A stretch of 64,000 bases of DNA from NCBI GenBank assembly GCA_013239625.1, contig MU054323.1, positions 9,269,186 to 9,333,185 of the forward strand. Direction: 5' to 3'. The notes beneath the pieces were generated by a model. The model had not been told where the DNA came from. It did not search any database and worked only from the letters and a program-made list of their open reading frames with translations. Below, piece after piece: positions 1 to 12,244 of this stretch; the stretch's first letter is position 1; every line of letters begins with the position of its first letter. The position numbers and the translations under genes were made by a program. This stretch comes from Lama guanicoe (lineage: Eukaryota).

Positions 1-304
1 GAAAAAAAAAAAGCAAAGCATGGATTCTAGAAATTTTTGGTGCCTTTATTTTTTAGCCACTTGTTGTTAGGTACACTTCTGGAAATAGTTGTGAACTTCG
101 TATCTGTCCATTACTTTTTCAGAGGAGTCAAATTTTATTCTACATTTTTAAAGAAAAACATGCTCTTGATTGTTGATTATGTTCCCTCAGAACCTCTAAG
201 TTGATTATTTCACATTCTCTGCTTGTTTCAAAGGATGGTCTTACAACTAGCTTACCTTGTGTGCTTTTAGTATACAGGGCCTTTTGAGTGAAGAGCAATG
301 TATT

Positions 305-1548
305 TTTTAAATAAAGTTTTTAGAACTTTTAGTTTCAGAACGTTTAGCTTTAGATTTACAGAATTATTGTAAAGATAGTGCAGAGAGTTTCTGTGTACCG
401 TGCATTGTTTGGCTATTGCTAACACCTTACATTACTGTGATACATTTGTGGCAATTAATGAACCAATGTTGATTCGTCATTATTAACTAAAGTCTCCACT
501 TTATTCAGATTGCCTTCATTTTCCCCTAATGTCCTTTTTCTGTCTAGGATCCCATCGAAGATACTACTTTGCATTTAGTTCTCTTGTCTGTTTAGTTTCC
601 TGTAGTTGTGACAGTTTCTCAGACTTTCCTTGTTTTTGATGACCTTGACAGTTTTGAGGAGTATTTGTCAGGTATTTTATAGTTTGTCTCTTTACTGAGA
701 TTTGTCTAATATTTTTGTCATGGATAGACTGTGGTTGTGGGCTTTTGGTAGGAAGGCCTCAGAGGTCAAATGCCATTCTCATCACATCACATCTAGGGTA
801 CACACTATCAGTGACTTATCACTGTTGATATTAACGTTGATCACTTGGCTTGGGAAAGTGTTTGTCAGGTTTCTCAACTGTAAAGTTACTCTTTTCTCCT
901 CCTTTCCATACTATCTTCTTTAGAAGGAAGTTACTGTGTGCATCCCACACTTAAGGAGTGGGAGTTATGCTCTACCTCTTTAAGGACAGAATACTTAAAT
1001 TATTTGGAATTCTTCTGCATAGAAGATTTGTGTGTTCTTCCACATCTCTTATTTACATCAGTGTGGACTTGTAGATATTTATTTTATACTTTGGGTTATG
1101 ATCTGATACTACTTTGTTTATTTTGTTACTGAAATTGTTCCAGCTTTGGCCGTTGGAAGCTATTCAGTTGGCTCCTATATCCCTTTGACATACCCCCATT
1201 ATTATAAGCTTGTTTTTTGGGGCACTTTCTTAATTTATACCACCACAGGATGCTTAGGCCCATCTTATATATTTCCTGCTCTAGTCTCAGAATCAGCCAT
1301 TTCTCCAAGAAGCCCTAGTTCTTTTTATTTATTGGAGAAGTGTATTAGAAACCAAGATCTGAGTGCTAAGTGTGCTTGTTACTACTGGGGTGTCATTTTT
1401 TTGAGTCCTCTCAGCTAACAGAGGAAAGAAATACACATATCCATAAATATTTTACATATTAACCCTTTGTATCTACATTAAATGAAACATGGTTTTATAC
1501 TGATATCTCCAACTCTAATCCACTACCACTTGGATCATTCTAGCCTCT
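305..1548 (-). mobile_element. Old L1 3' region (L1MC/L1MD-like), antisense
   Basis: tttagatttacagaattattgtaaagatagtgcagagagttt... and ccactaccacttggatcattctagcc resemble the L1MC/MD 3' UTR read in reverse. Confidence 0.75.
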
Positions 1549-1904
1549 GGAAAGGGTTATTTTAAGATAGCATTTGTGTGTATCCTGATCTCTGCTCTTT
1601 TGTGGTATTATTTCCACCTGATTATTTGGTAGTTAATTCTTTCTGCAAGCATGTATTGAGTCTTTACTATATTTAAGCTTTTGTACTAGGTGTTAGGAAT
1701 ACAAAGATGAATGATTCATTGATATCACAGTTTCTTCAGTACATGTTTATTGAATACCTCTCATGTCAGCCACTGTGCTCCATGCTCACAGTTCAGTAGC
1801 AGAGAAAATCTGGCTATAGATAATTATGATATAAAGTAGAAAAGAAAAATAAAAACAAAATTTAGATGGAGAATGCTTCAAGAAGGGAAATCACGTGATG
1901 AATT

Positions 1905-2290
1905 GTATCAGTTAGAACCTGGTAGCACTCACATAACAGAAAATGTAACCAAACTGGCTTAAGTAGAAAGAGGATTTATTGGTTCACATAACAGAAAAGA
2001 CCAGGGGTAAAGCTAGATTGGGGCATGACTGGTTTGGGGATCAAACAGTGTCCTCAGGACTTTGCTCTTACTTCTGCTTTGCTGGTATTGTTCTCAGGCC
2101 CTTTGTACATCGCCTATTGGTCAACATCACAACACCAGAGGAAGAGGAAGTCTGACATCGTGAACAAAGGTCTTAGAATTGAGACTTGTCAGTCTTGATT
2201 AGCCTCATTTGGGTCATCATATCCATGAACATTGTTGCTATGGGCAATGGAGAGTGCTGGTCAGCTTAGCTTTGTACATATGCTCCATTC
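1905..2290. mobile_element. MLT1 (MaLR) solo LTR, MLT1J/K-like
   Basis: tgtatcagttag...aactggcttaag...atttattggttcacataacagaaaag motif. Confidence 0.65.
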
Positions 2291-2429
2291 CTTTCACAGG
2301 TGTCAATTTTATGATTATTAGTTGTTACACATTTTTGTTTTGTGACCTTGTCTATATACTTGTTATATTTCACAATAAAACACTTTAAAAAGGAATTGGA
2401 TATATTTAGCATACAAAAATTAATCAATG

Positions 2430-2850
2430 TAATTCCTTAGATTCAGGAAGTCCACTTAATCCTAAGCAGATATATGTAAAGAAAAGCACTTCTAGATACA
2501 TCATGGCAAAACTACAGCAAACCAGACAATAAGAAGAATCTAAGAACAACCAGAGAAAATAGAAGAGCCACTGTTTGACTGTTAGCTGACTTCTTATAGC
2601 AACATGGAAAATAGAAGACAGTTGAATGATATCTTTAATGTGGTGAAAGGAAACCATGACCATTTAAAATTCTGTATCTAGCAAAAATATCCTTCAGGAA
2701 TTAAGTGAAATTATTACATTTTTCAGGTAACAAAAACAGAGAGTTCATTATCGGCAAACCTTTACTAACTTTTCAGGGAGAAGACAAGATTTCAGTTGGA
2801 AGATGAGAGATGCAGAAAGGAATGGGGAGCAATAAAATATAGTGAAGGGA
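2430..2850 (+). mobile_element. Decayed L1/HAL1 ORF1-like fragment
   Basis: ctagatacatcatggcaaaact, gctgacttcttatagcaac, gaatgatatctttaatgtg and aattctgtatctagcaaaaatatccttc resemble L1 ORF1. Confidence 0.65.
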
Positions 2851-3164
2851 GATAGCAGTAAGGAGGGTATAAAATTATGACTCATCCAGAGGGTATTTTA
2901 ACTAGAATTCCCTTACACATTTTGGTGGACATTAGGACTTATGTCCCCAATATACTTCATGTAGGCAAATATTAAAATTAAGTGACTTTTTCTTGATGTT
3001 TACTGATTTGGGAGTGGGGACGTGGGTGTCTATAGGGTGAGAAAAGAAAATGGCATTAAAGCTTGGCTTTGAAAGTGGTTGACTTAATATTGACCATGTC
3101 TGCCATCCTTCTTTCTGCTCTTCTGTTCTTGTATTGCTTTGTGTAATACTGTTATTTTTTCGTG

Positions 3165-3470
3165 AGAACCACTGGAAATATACCGAGCCTCCTGTCTCCT
3201 AGAGATTCTGATTTACTTATTTAGTCTAGTTTAGACCCTGAGCATCAGTGGTTTTAGAAAGCCAGTTCTAGTGTACAACCAGGGCTGCGAACTGAGGGTG
3301 CTACAAACGAATATGGTTAATATGACAGATCTGAATTCTAGTTTCAGCTCTGGTGATTACTATGTGGACTATGCTGGCCGAAGTACTTAGGATCTATCGG
3401 TTTATTAATAAAACTGCTAATTTTAATACCTATCTCACAAGGCTGTTGTCAAGAATAAAGAATGCAACAT
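3165..3470. mobile_element. MER5-like hAT fragment followed by MIR fragment
   Basis: agagattctgattt...ccagggctgcgaact (MER5-like), then gacagatctgaattctag...aatacctatctcacaaggctgttgt (MIR core). Confidence 0.55.
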
Positions 3471-5225
3471 TTGAATGGAAAAATGGAAATAAAACTGTGT
3501 GGAAGCCAAAATGACCAAGGGCAACATATAATCTTTACTATAGGAGGTTTAGCATATGTTTGTATTTTCAGAGAAATCCTTTAGTTTCCCTTTATACCGG
3601 GAAGCAATTTATTCTGATTTTTGAATGTACATTTAAACTCATATAGAAGTGAGGTTTTGTACTTATTGAAAGTCTTTAGGTTTGGGATTATTTTGCTATA
3701 CTTGGGTTATCTACAGGGATGGGAACATTAAAAAGGGAAAGAGTATTCTAAATTTTGAAACTGATTCTAATGTATGCTTTCTCCAGCATTTTTAAAGAGC
3801 AAAAAAACCTTAGTCGTTTAAAAACATTTTTTTCAGAGAAATTATCTGTATCCGGCTGAGAATTTTATGCCAAACTGCAGCCCCCACACAAGCTTTGGAG
3901 AGCCAAGATGTTTAAACCTGCAAAGTAAAGTGCCAGCTCAACCCTTCCACTGGTCTGATGTAATCATTCAACCACAGAGTGATTTGTAGCCTTGAACTAA
4001 CAGTGACTCAGTAGACCTTGTATATATTTAAAAAATGTTTTTAAGTTGTTGGGATATGAAAATACCGTAGAAGCACAATATTATTGTAAGCAAAACATTT
4101 AGCACAGTTAATGCGGTTTCTTGAATATGTTTCAAGAACACTTATGAAGAAGCCAGATTAAAAAGTAAAAAATCTGTATTATTATAGATTTTTCAGAAGA
4201 AAGGTAGCTAATTACTTATAGTAGCTAAAATATAGGATATCAGAAATGATCAGTCACATTTTAAAATCAAAGGAGTCCTTTAGAAGATTTGAAAAAATTA
4301 ATTGGTGAGAATAGTGATTAATATAATAATTTTATATAATTTGTATGTTTAAAGGCACATTTTATAAGGATTTATTTATTTTATTAATTTGGAGATGTTT
4401 GCAATGTTAACATGAACTTTTAGCATAGATTCTGTGGGAATTATTTTAAAAATGTAAAATTTTCCCAGTGAAGGTTGATTTAATTTGAAAACTAATTTAT
4501 TGTATTAAAAGCATAAGTTAACTATTTGTTTTACTTTCAACCCCTACCCAGGTAATACTACTCCTAAACCCAAATTCACTAAATTCACCCACATTAAATT
4601 TAAAAGCATTTTAGTATCAGGAAAAGATGAAATATGCTTGTCTTGATATATGAATATAACTGACAAGAAATAATTTTGGGATTAGTTACAGATTTATGTT
4701 TTAAATGTCTAGTTCATAGTGAATAAATCATAGGCAGCCTTAATAATATTTTACTGAATCAGAAAATCTGTAATAGTAATTTTCAACGAATTTAAGACTA
4801 AAAATAAACAATTGAAATACTATCCATTAACCTAATGACTTTGACTTCCTGAAGAGAGCCTAGGAGCCATTTCTTAGTTTTTGTTAGTACTTTTTTGTAC
4901 CTTTTAACTTATAAGCATTAACACTGTGATCTAAATTTTTGTGCTGTTTTACAACATACCCTGTGAGAATTTTTGTCTTCTAAGAAAATAATTCAGGGTA
5001 AGATGTTAATAACGTTTAAGATAAAAGATTAATGAAGATTTTGAAAACTGAGAAATTCTTTTAGCTGAATTTTAAAGAGTAAGGTTAGTTTAATGATATA
5101 GCTTCTTTAACTTTTAGCATAAATTTATAGCTAGCCGTTTTTAGAAATCAAAGCATTATTCTTAGATATAATTTTTAGAAATCAAAGCAAAACAAGCTTC
5201 TTTCTAACTATAGAATTGCCTCATT

Positions 5226-5790
5226 AAAAAAAACTTTTTATTATGGAAAATTTCAAACACATGCAAAAGTAGAAAGTATTATGTAATGAATCCTTGTGGG
5301 TCTGTCACCCAGCTGCCTTAATCGTCAACTCATTATCGGTCTTGCTTTATCTGTACCTTCATCCACTTAACCCCTAGCATATTATTTTGAAGCAAATCCC
5401 ATACATTTTGTCATTTCATCTGTGAATATTTTGGTATGTTACTAAAAAAGATGAGGAATCTTTTAAATAGCATAACCAAAATATCATTATCTTGTCTAAA
5501 AAAATTAACAGTAATTCCATAGCATCATGAGATAACCAGTGTTCAAATTTCAAGTTTTCTGAATCAGAATCTACACATTGTGATTAATTGTTACACCTTT
5601 TAAATGTCTTCTAACTTGTAGTTTTCTCCATGTTTTCCCCCTCTATTTGCAAATTATGATGGAAGAAGCAGAGCCATTTGTCTTATAAAATTCCCGCAGA
5701 CTAGATTCTGTTGAGTGTATTCCTGTGGTATGGTTTAACACGTTCCTTTGTTCTTCTGCATTTCCTATGAATTGGTAGGTGGATCTGTGT
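5226..5790 (-). mobile_element. L1MC4/5-like 3' end, antisense
   Basis: ttttattatggaaaatttcaaacacatgcaaaagtag...attattttgaagcaaatccc. Confidence 0.7.
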
Positions 5791-7872
5791 CCCAGATTTT
5801 GTGCACCTTCAACCACCTGGTACATAGTCACAAATCAAAAATAACCCCCACCCCCCAAAAAAAAGAGGTTCTGAATTTTGTGATAAGGACTATTTGCTTT
5901 ATTTCATACATGAGCTATAGAGGCATTTTAGCTTTTATTCGTATAATTGTGTAGAACACATGACTGAAGATTAAAATTTACAATGACACTGGTTATAGCA
6001 AAATGAGACAAATGTGTGTATAGTAGATAGAAAAAAACTATCAAAAGCAACAGAGGGATTATAAAGGTACAGTTATCCTGAAGTCATTCATTTTAAGGAG
6101 AGATGGCCCTATTCACTTAAAAACCTCTAATGATATTATTGTTTTTAAAAAGTAGCAGTACAATATGCTCTCATAATAAAGACCTTGATTCACCAGGAAA
6201 GTTAAATTATATTTAACATGGCTTATTTTAAAGAATAACGACAACAACTAGAGAGTCAACAGTTTGGCACTTAAAGGACTAAAGAATTGTGTATCATAGT
6301 TGTAAAATATGGTGTTGTGGTTAATCTGCAATTCCTGTTAATAATATATGTAAATATGTACATTTTAAAGATGAGTCATATATAAAAATTACAGAAATTC
6401 TACTTTATCAAGAATAACTATGAAATAAGTTTCACTGGTTAATCGAATATTCAGACTCATAAAAATTTACTGTAGAATTTGTATATAGGTCACCAATTCT
6501 TTTAAAATAATTGATTTTTGATAAAATACCATTTCCACTAAAAGTAGAACATAATTTGATCTTTCTGTGATGATTCAGAAGCTTTTAAGGGACTGTTTAC
6601 CCCATCAGAATTATTATTAACCTCGATTGCATTATATTGTAGCTGTGTAGTAGAGTTCATTAATGTAGATTTCCAAAGTAATGTTAATTACCAGAGAGAG
6701 TTATCACTGGCTTAAGAAAGCCCAAATGAGGCAGAGTGTAAGTAAAGAGACTTACAAGAACCAGCATGCATGGATATATATGTGTGGCTGCATATATAGA
6801 TACACATATATATAGTGCACATGTGTATAGGCTACTGTTAAATTGATCATGTATATTGTTAAATATGAAACACATATATACAGACTTGTGACAAGTGTAG
6901 TGATTACCAGTACTGAGGAAGTTGCAAATTGAAAGAATTTGATCAAAATTTACCAGGAGGAAATTGGCTCCAAGGCATAATGATTTTGGCTGGAGAAGAT
7001 AGTGATCCTGGCACAGTGCACTCCCTATTTCCTTGTGAGGCCTCCAAGATTAAAAGAATTAGCTACATAGAGGCAGATGCTTGGTAGTTTTCTGGAAGCA
7101 CAATTATAAGGTTTATGAAAAACAGGAAGATCAACATCTCTTGCAGGTTTTTTGAACTGGGAACTGATTTAATGTGCAATTTTATATCCCTTAGACCTTG
7201 TCTGTTGAGCCATGATAATTTGATTTTGTTTTAATAATTTTTTAATTCTTATTTTAAGTGTGCTCACTTTTGGAAAGAAATTATACCTTAAAATGCTTTT
7301 AAGGTAGTATTTTTTCAGACTGTTCAAACTTTTAATGATTGATGACTCTAATTAGTCATATTGCAATATTGTATTTTCAGAATTGCTGTCCTGTTTTCTT
7401 TTGTCTACTTCTGCTCATAACCACAGATTAGCATGGCTCCCAATAGCCAGTATCTTTATTGACCCTGGAAAAATTTCAGATACTTTAATATATTTAACTT
7501 GGCTTATAATGTATTGAATCGTGGTGATCATTCATTTGACAAATAATTTGAGTAGCCCATGGTGTCTAACACATCCTTTGTGCAAAGATGAATAAGATAC
7601 TGTCTCTGTTCTCAGATAGTTATGTAGTCTAATAGAGGGGAGATAATATGAAATAACTCTATCACCCAGACAATCGGTCATTCTTCATGAACATTAGTGG
7701 GTGCATGGAATAGAAGAACTTTCTTTTTATCTTTAATTTTCAATGCCTGAGGAACTTTAGCCGTTCGTTTTGCATTTTGCTTATGTGACATCAGTAAACA
7801 CCTTATGTGGTACCATAAGTAAAGGAACCAAGGAAGGAAAAATATCTTAGTAAATTCTCTAAAATCGTAATT

Positions 7873-8076
7873 CAGGTGTTGCAAACTCAGATGCCTAAAG
7901 GAGCCAGCCAAGTAATACAAATGAGTGAAAAAGATCAGCATAAAGCAGTTGTAATTGGTGGGGATTGTGACCTACTGAAGTGTGTATACTTTGTCTAAAG
8001 ATTTTCAAATAAAAATTTTGTGTGGGTCAAAGAAAGCATGTCTGCAGGCTGAGGCTGCCAATTTGCAACCCCTCTG
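7873..8076. mobile_element. hAT-Charlie MITE (MER102-like)
   Basis: Terminal inverted repeats caggtgttgcaaact ... aatttgcaacccctctg. Confidence 0.6.
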
Positions 8077-8689
8077 TAATTTCTTGATATAAATGGAGCC
8101 GTCATAAAAACATTTGGGAGAAAAGATGGTGATTTAAAATTAAACACAAACAAATACGTACAATTTAAGAATAATCACACCGTTTAGTAAGCTACTTGAT
8201 GTTTTTTTCCTGAGACATAGATGATATTAAATTAGAGATGATGGGATCCCAGGAGGAGCCAGAAAGATATTGCAGATCTAGGCAGATGGGGGATCAAGTT
8301 TAGTAGAATCTACTACTGTAGGAGAAATAGGAATTTGCAAGAATGATGTTGACTCTCCATCATTGGAGACTTTTTTTTTTCTGGATATGGATAGCCCTGA
8401 GTTCCAGGTGTCAGTTATTGTTAGAAGTTGGTCATAGGTCTGGAGACACATTCTGTTGCATCCTGGGGATGTGTAGGGCAGTTCGAATGGAAAGCTCTAG
8501 AGGATGGAGCCTTTAGTCATCATTTAGACAGTGGATCTTATGTGAAGGCCTAATGAGTTTATGTGAAATTATTTGGGTCTTTGATCACAATAAGGAAATT
8601 TGTCAGAAACATGATCAAATTTTCTGGGTTTCTGCCTTGCTATCAGAGTGTCTGAACATGACTCCAAAAATCACAAAACAGATACTCTA

Positions 8690-8818
8690 GGGCCAAGAAG
8701 TGAGTATCACTCCAGGCCTACTGAATCAGTGTCTCAGAGGGTAGGATCTGAGAATCTGTCTTTTTAGAAGATGTTTTCACAGTTATTCTGATGGTAGCCA
8801 GGATGGGAACTATAGCTG
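8690..8818. mobile_element. MER5-like hAT fragment
   Basis: ccaggcctactgaatcag...gaatctgtcttttt...gttattctgatg. Confidence 0.55.
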
Positions 8819-10102
8819 TAGGGGGAAAAGTTTTCTGTACTTGCTGAGAGATATCAAGCTTCTTTGGTCAATGAAGATTACATATTGACAGTCTCTGTTA
8901 AGAGTTTTTTTTTTTTTAAAGTGGTTTTTATTGACAGAAAGAACCCCGTTCTATTTGATGAAAATTAGTTAATAGGAATAGATACTGGTGGCTCAGGATA
9001 TAAGGGCCTTGTTAGGGTTCTTGAGGCATTTCATTGGAGGGTATGTATTCATGATGATTTACTCTAACCGAGACCCAGGGAAGATTGTTTGGGTGGTACA
9101 ATTTGAAACAGACACTTTTCTTTAGTTGACTTTGAGGATTACCACAGTGTTGAAAGAACTAGTGAAGAATGGCTTTGGGGACTGGAGAGAGATGGTAAGT
9201 TTAAGGAAGTGAAAATTGATGCAGCTGAGTAATCACTATGTATTGCTAAGTTGACAAATTATTGGAGACAGTCACTGTGGCTGCTTTGTGGGGGCCCATT
9301 TTCAGTCTCTCTGGAGGGAGAATTTGTGCAGAGATGTAAAGGTTTACTGGTCAAAGGTACACATTTGAAGTTTGGCGTGGAGCCAGCATTCATAAGACAC
9401 TGTAGTTCAGTTTGTCTGTGCTGATTATGTTTCACTCAAGTGGAGGAAAGGTAAAAATATCTCCTGTTTACAGGACCATGAAGGCAGTAAAGACCTCCTG
9501 TCTAAGCTCAGTGCACATGAAGAGCTGGGTGCTGCTTGTTGTATGCATACCCAAGACATGTGTCAGTAATCAAAGTGTTCTTATAAGGTCTGCCCCGATT
9601 GTTCACTTTTCTCCTTTATATCCATCAACAGGACTACTGGCTTTTTCTAAAGTCTCACTTTGTTACCCACTGAATCAAATACTTGAATAATGTTTGAAAA
9701 GCTCTGGAATGGGGAATATCTCAGATACCTATTTCAGATCCATTTTAGGTGCATTGAATGAGTTGTAATATATAAGGGTAGATTCTTCCATCTTTTTCCT
9801 TTTTATTTATTTTTTTCTTTAAGAGAAATGACTATAATCATTGTTGGGTCATTAATTAAATAGAGTAATTCTCTATGTAGATTTTTCTGCTGCAACTGTA
9901 AGAAGGTGCTTAACTATTGTCTCTGGCAGAAAACATAAGGACCAAATCAAATCTATAACTTGGATTAAAGGATTTTTAAATAGTTATGAATTTATGCACC
10001 TCTCCCTCTATTCTTTGTCTTAGAGGAAGTAAAATAGTGATATGGTGTATCAGTGCTCTTTCTTTTGTTTTCTTTTTTCTTTTTTTCTTTTTTTTTTTTT
10101 TA

Positions 10103-10652
10103 GTGATAGAAAACCTAATTCATTACTGGCTTAAACAATAGAGGGAATTCATTGGCTTACAGAACTTGAAAGACCGCAGGTGGGCTTCAGATAAGGTTTG
10201 GTCCAGTGGCTACAATAATGCCGTTTGAGGACCTAGTTTCTATTTCATTTCTTCTCTACCCTGCCTTCCACTGTGTTGACTTTATTCTTAGTCTCCATGC
10301 CCATCCAGCAGCTCAAGTCTCTTCCTTTGTGAATATAAAATTGTTACTCTAGCTCAGACTTTATATTCTTCTACCATGGGAAGAAAGAACGCTTTTATTT
10401 CTCAGAAGTCTCAGCTGCTGTCTTCATTTATCTTGTTGGGTTTGATTGGATATGTGCCTGTAGCTGAATTTCCTAGGTGCCTAGGAAATGTTGATGGGGT
10501 TCGGCAGTCAGGACCTTTGGAGCTTGAGGTGGAAGTTCTTACTCAAAACCTATTCCTGAGAATGGGGAGGGGTGGTTTCCCAAAGGAAATTTGGGTTTTT
10601 GTTACCAGAAGAAGGGAAAGGGATGTTGAAAATCAAACAATAGATATCTACT
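10103..10652. mobile_element. MLT1 solo LTR (MLT1K-like)
   Basis: gatagaaaacctaattcattactggcttaaacaatagagggaattcattggct...gttaccagaagaaggg. Confidence 0.6.
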
Positions 10653-11424
10653 GAATGTGGCTTTTGGCCATGGACGTTATCTGGACGTGAAGTGAGGTAG
10701 AGTTTTTAGGGGGAAGGATAAAGATACTGAAAGCTCTTCCTGCTTTGTGTATTGTATTTTGTGGATATCATTTCCTTTAGTTGATGGTTTACTTTGCATT
10801 GCTTTTTCTTCCTTGCTCAGTTTCCCCTAATCATTTACACACAAACTGTGTTACTAGGACATTGGTTGCTCCAAAGACTGCTGGCCAGGAAGGCCCAAGA
10901 CTGGGATTTTGGCTAAGAGGAGGAGAGTCTGGCGAATACTGTGGGTCTGAAGTTAAGTCCAGTAAGCTCAGCTCAGGAGAGGAGAAGCAGTTGTATAGGA
11001 TAAATCACTGTAGCCCAGGGGCCAAGTCTAGCTAGGGAAATCATTTAGGGCAGAGGTCAGAAACCAGGTGTCAGATCCTGCAGGTGCTTCTCTAATAAAA
11101 ATAACAACTTGATTGAAGCTGTTTGTTCTCTGTCTTGTTCAATTCTGCTCATTCTTATGGATCTCTTTGTGATTATCATAGTTGAAAAGAATTGAGAATC
11201 TACCCTGAGGTCTGGTCCTGACTGAGGCAGGAAAAAAGTTGTCTTGATCCGGGAGACTGAACTCCTGTGATGTTGTGACTCCCCATTGGCTATGAAACAC
11301 TCAGTGCCAGCAGAGGATCACTAAGCTTGAATCATTTTTCACCATGATTTAAATAATTTTCTCCAAGCTTTAAATTTATGTGCAGAAATTGGGATTAGGA
11401 TCTTCTGAGTTTAAAAGACTCCTC

Positions 11425-11495
11425 TCCAGAATACATCAAGTACTCCTAACACTCAATAAAAAAAAAAAAAAAAAAAAACCCAGCCCTATTAAAAA
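11425..11495 (+). mobile_element. Short internal L1 ORF2 fragment with 12-bp target site duplication (TSD)
   Basis: Insert reads SRIHQVLLTLNK..PSPIKK, resembling L1 ORF2 SRIYKELLQLN..NPIKKW. Flanked by aaaagactcctc at 11413-11424 and 11496-11507. Confidence 0.75.
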
Positions 11496-12154
11496 AAAAG
11501 ACTCCTCAAGACATTTTCTAATGAAAAGTGAAACCCTCACAAAGTGTTTGCTTTAACTAAATGATTGCAGTTAATTTCTTGTAAAGAAACACAGAAGCAC
11601 ACTTTAACTTAAAATAAGCTCACACTGTTGTTTCTTGTAGTACAGCCAGGAAAACCAGTAACAAGCTGTTTCCTTCAAAATCACATCCCTGGATGATATT
11701 CGAGCAACCTGGACAATTTAAATACATCCCCAGGAAAAACAATTTGAATTAAGTTAGAAATCATATTTGCTAATTTCATTTCTGCCATTGCATTGTTGCC
11801 TTTCATTCTCAGAGTCTGAGTAGCCTTGATTGAGAAAGCGTGTGGCACCGGTGACTTAGGTCAATAGTAGCATTCATTTCAGAGCCACAGCCAATCTGGG
11901 GTCACAAAATGATTTTTTTTTTTTGTAATTTTTGCCGTCTTGGTGAACTGGATGCATGCTTAACTTAAAGGAATTTAAATTTATTTAAAACACTTTGTTG
12001 GCCAGACAGATTTTTAGTGCTTAGGGTTCATTAATCAAATTTTAGTCTACACTGGCATTTTATCCAAAATTGAACTTAATAATATTATTTATTCATCCTT
12101 TTTTGAGAAATAGTAGATGTAAAACTTAAGCATTTCAACTTCAAGTAGATTTGA

Positions 12155-12244
12155 TTTTTTTTAAATGAGGGTACTGGGGCTTGTACCCAGGACTTTATGC
12201 ATTCTAAGCATGTTCTCTACCACTGAGCTATACCCATCTCTCCC
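12155..12244 (-). mobile_element. tRNA-Ala-derived SINE (camelid Vic-type)
   Basis: Reverse complement reads gggtatagctcagtggtagagaacatgcttagaatgcataaagtcctgggtacaagccccagtacc plus A tail. Degenerate TSD aagtagatttgatttt / aaataggtttgatttt. Confidence 0.85.

Noticed and set aside
6765..6885. Alternating purine-pyrimidine tract (also 15377-15440) as a Z-DNA or hairpin element
   Set aside because: Decayed (TA/CA/TG)n low-complexity sequence, common in introns.
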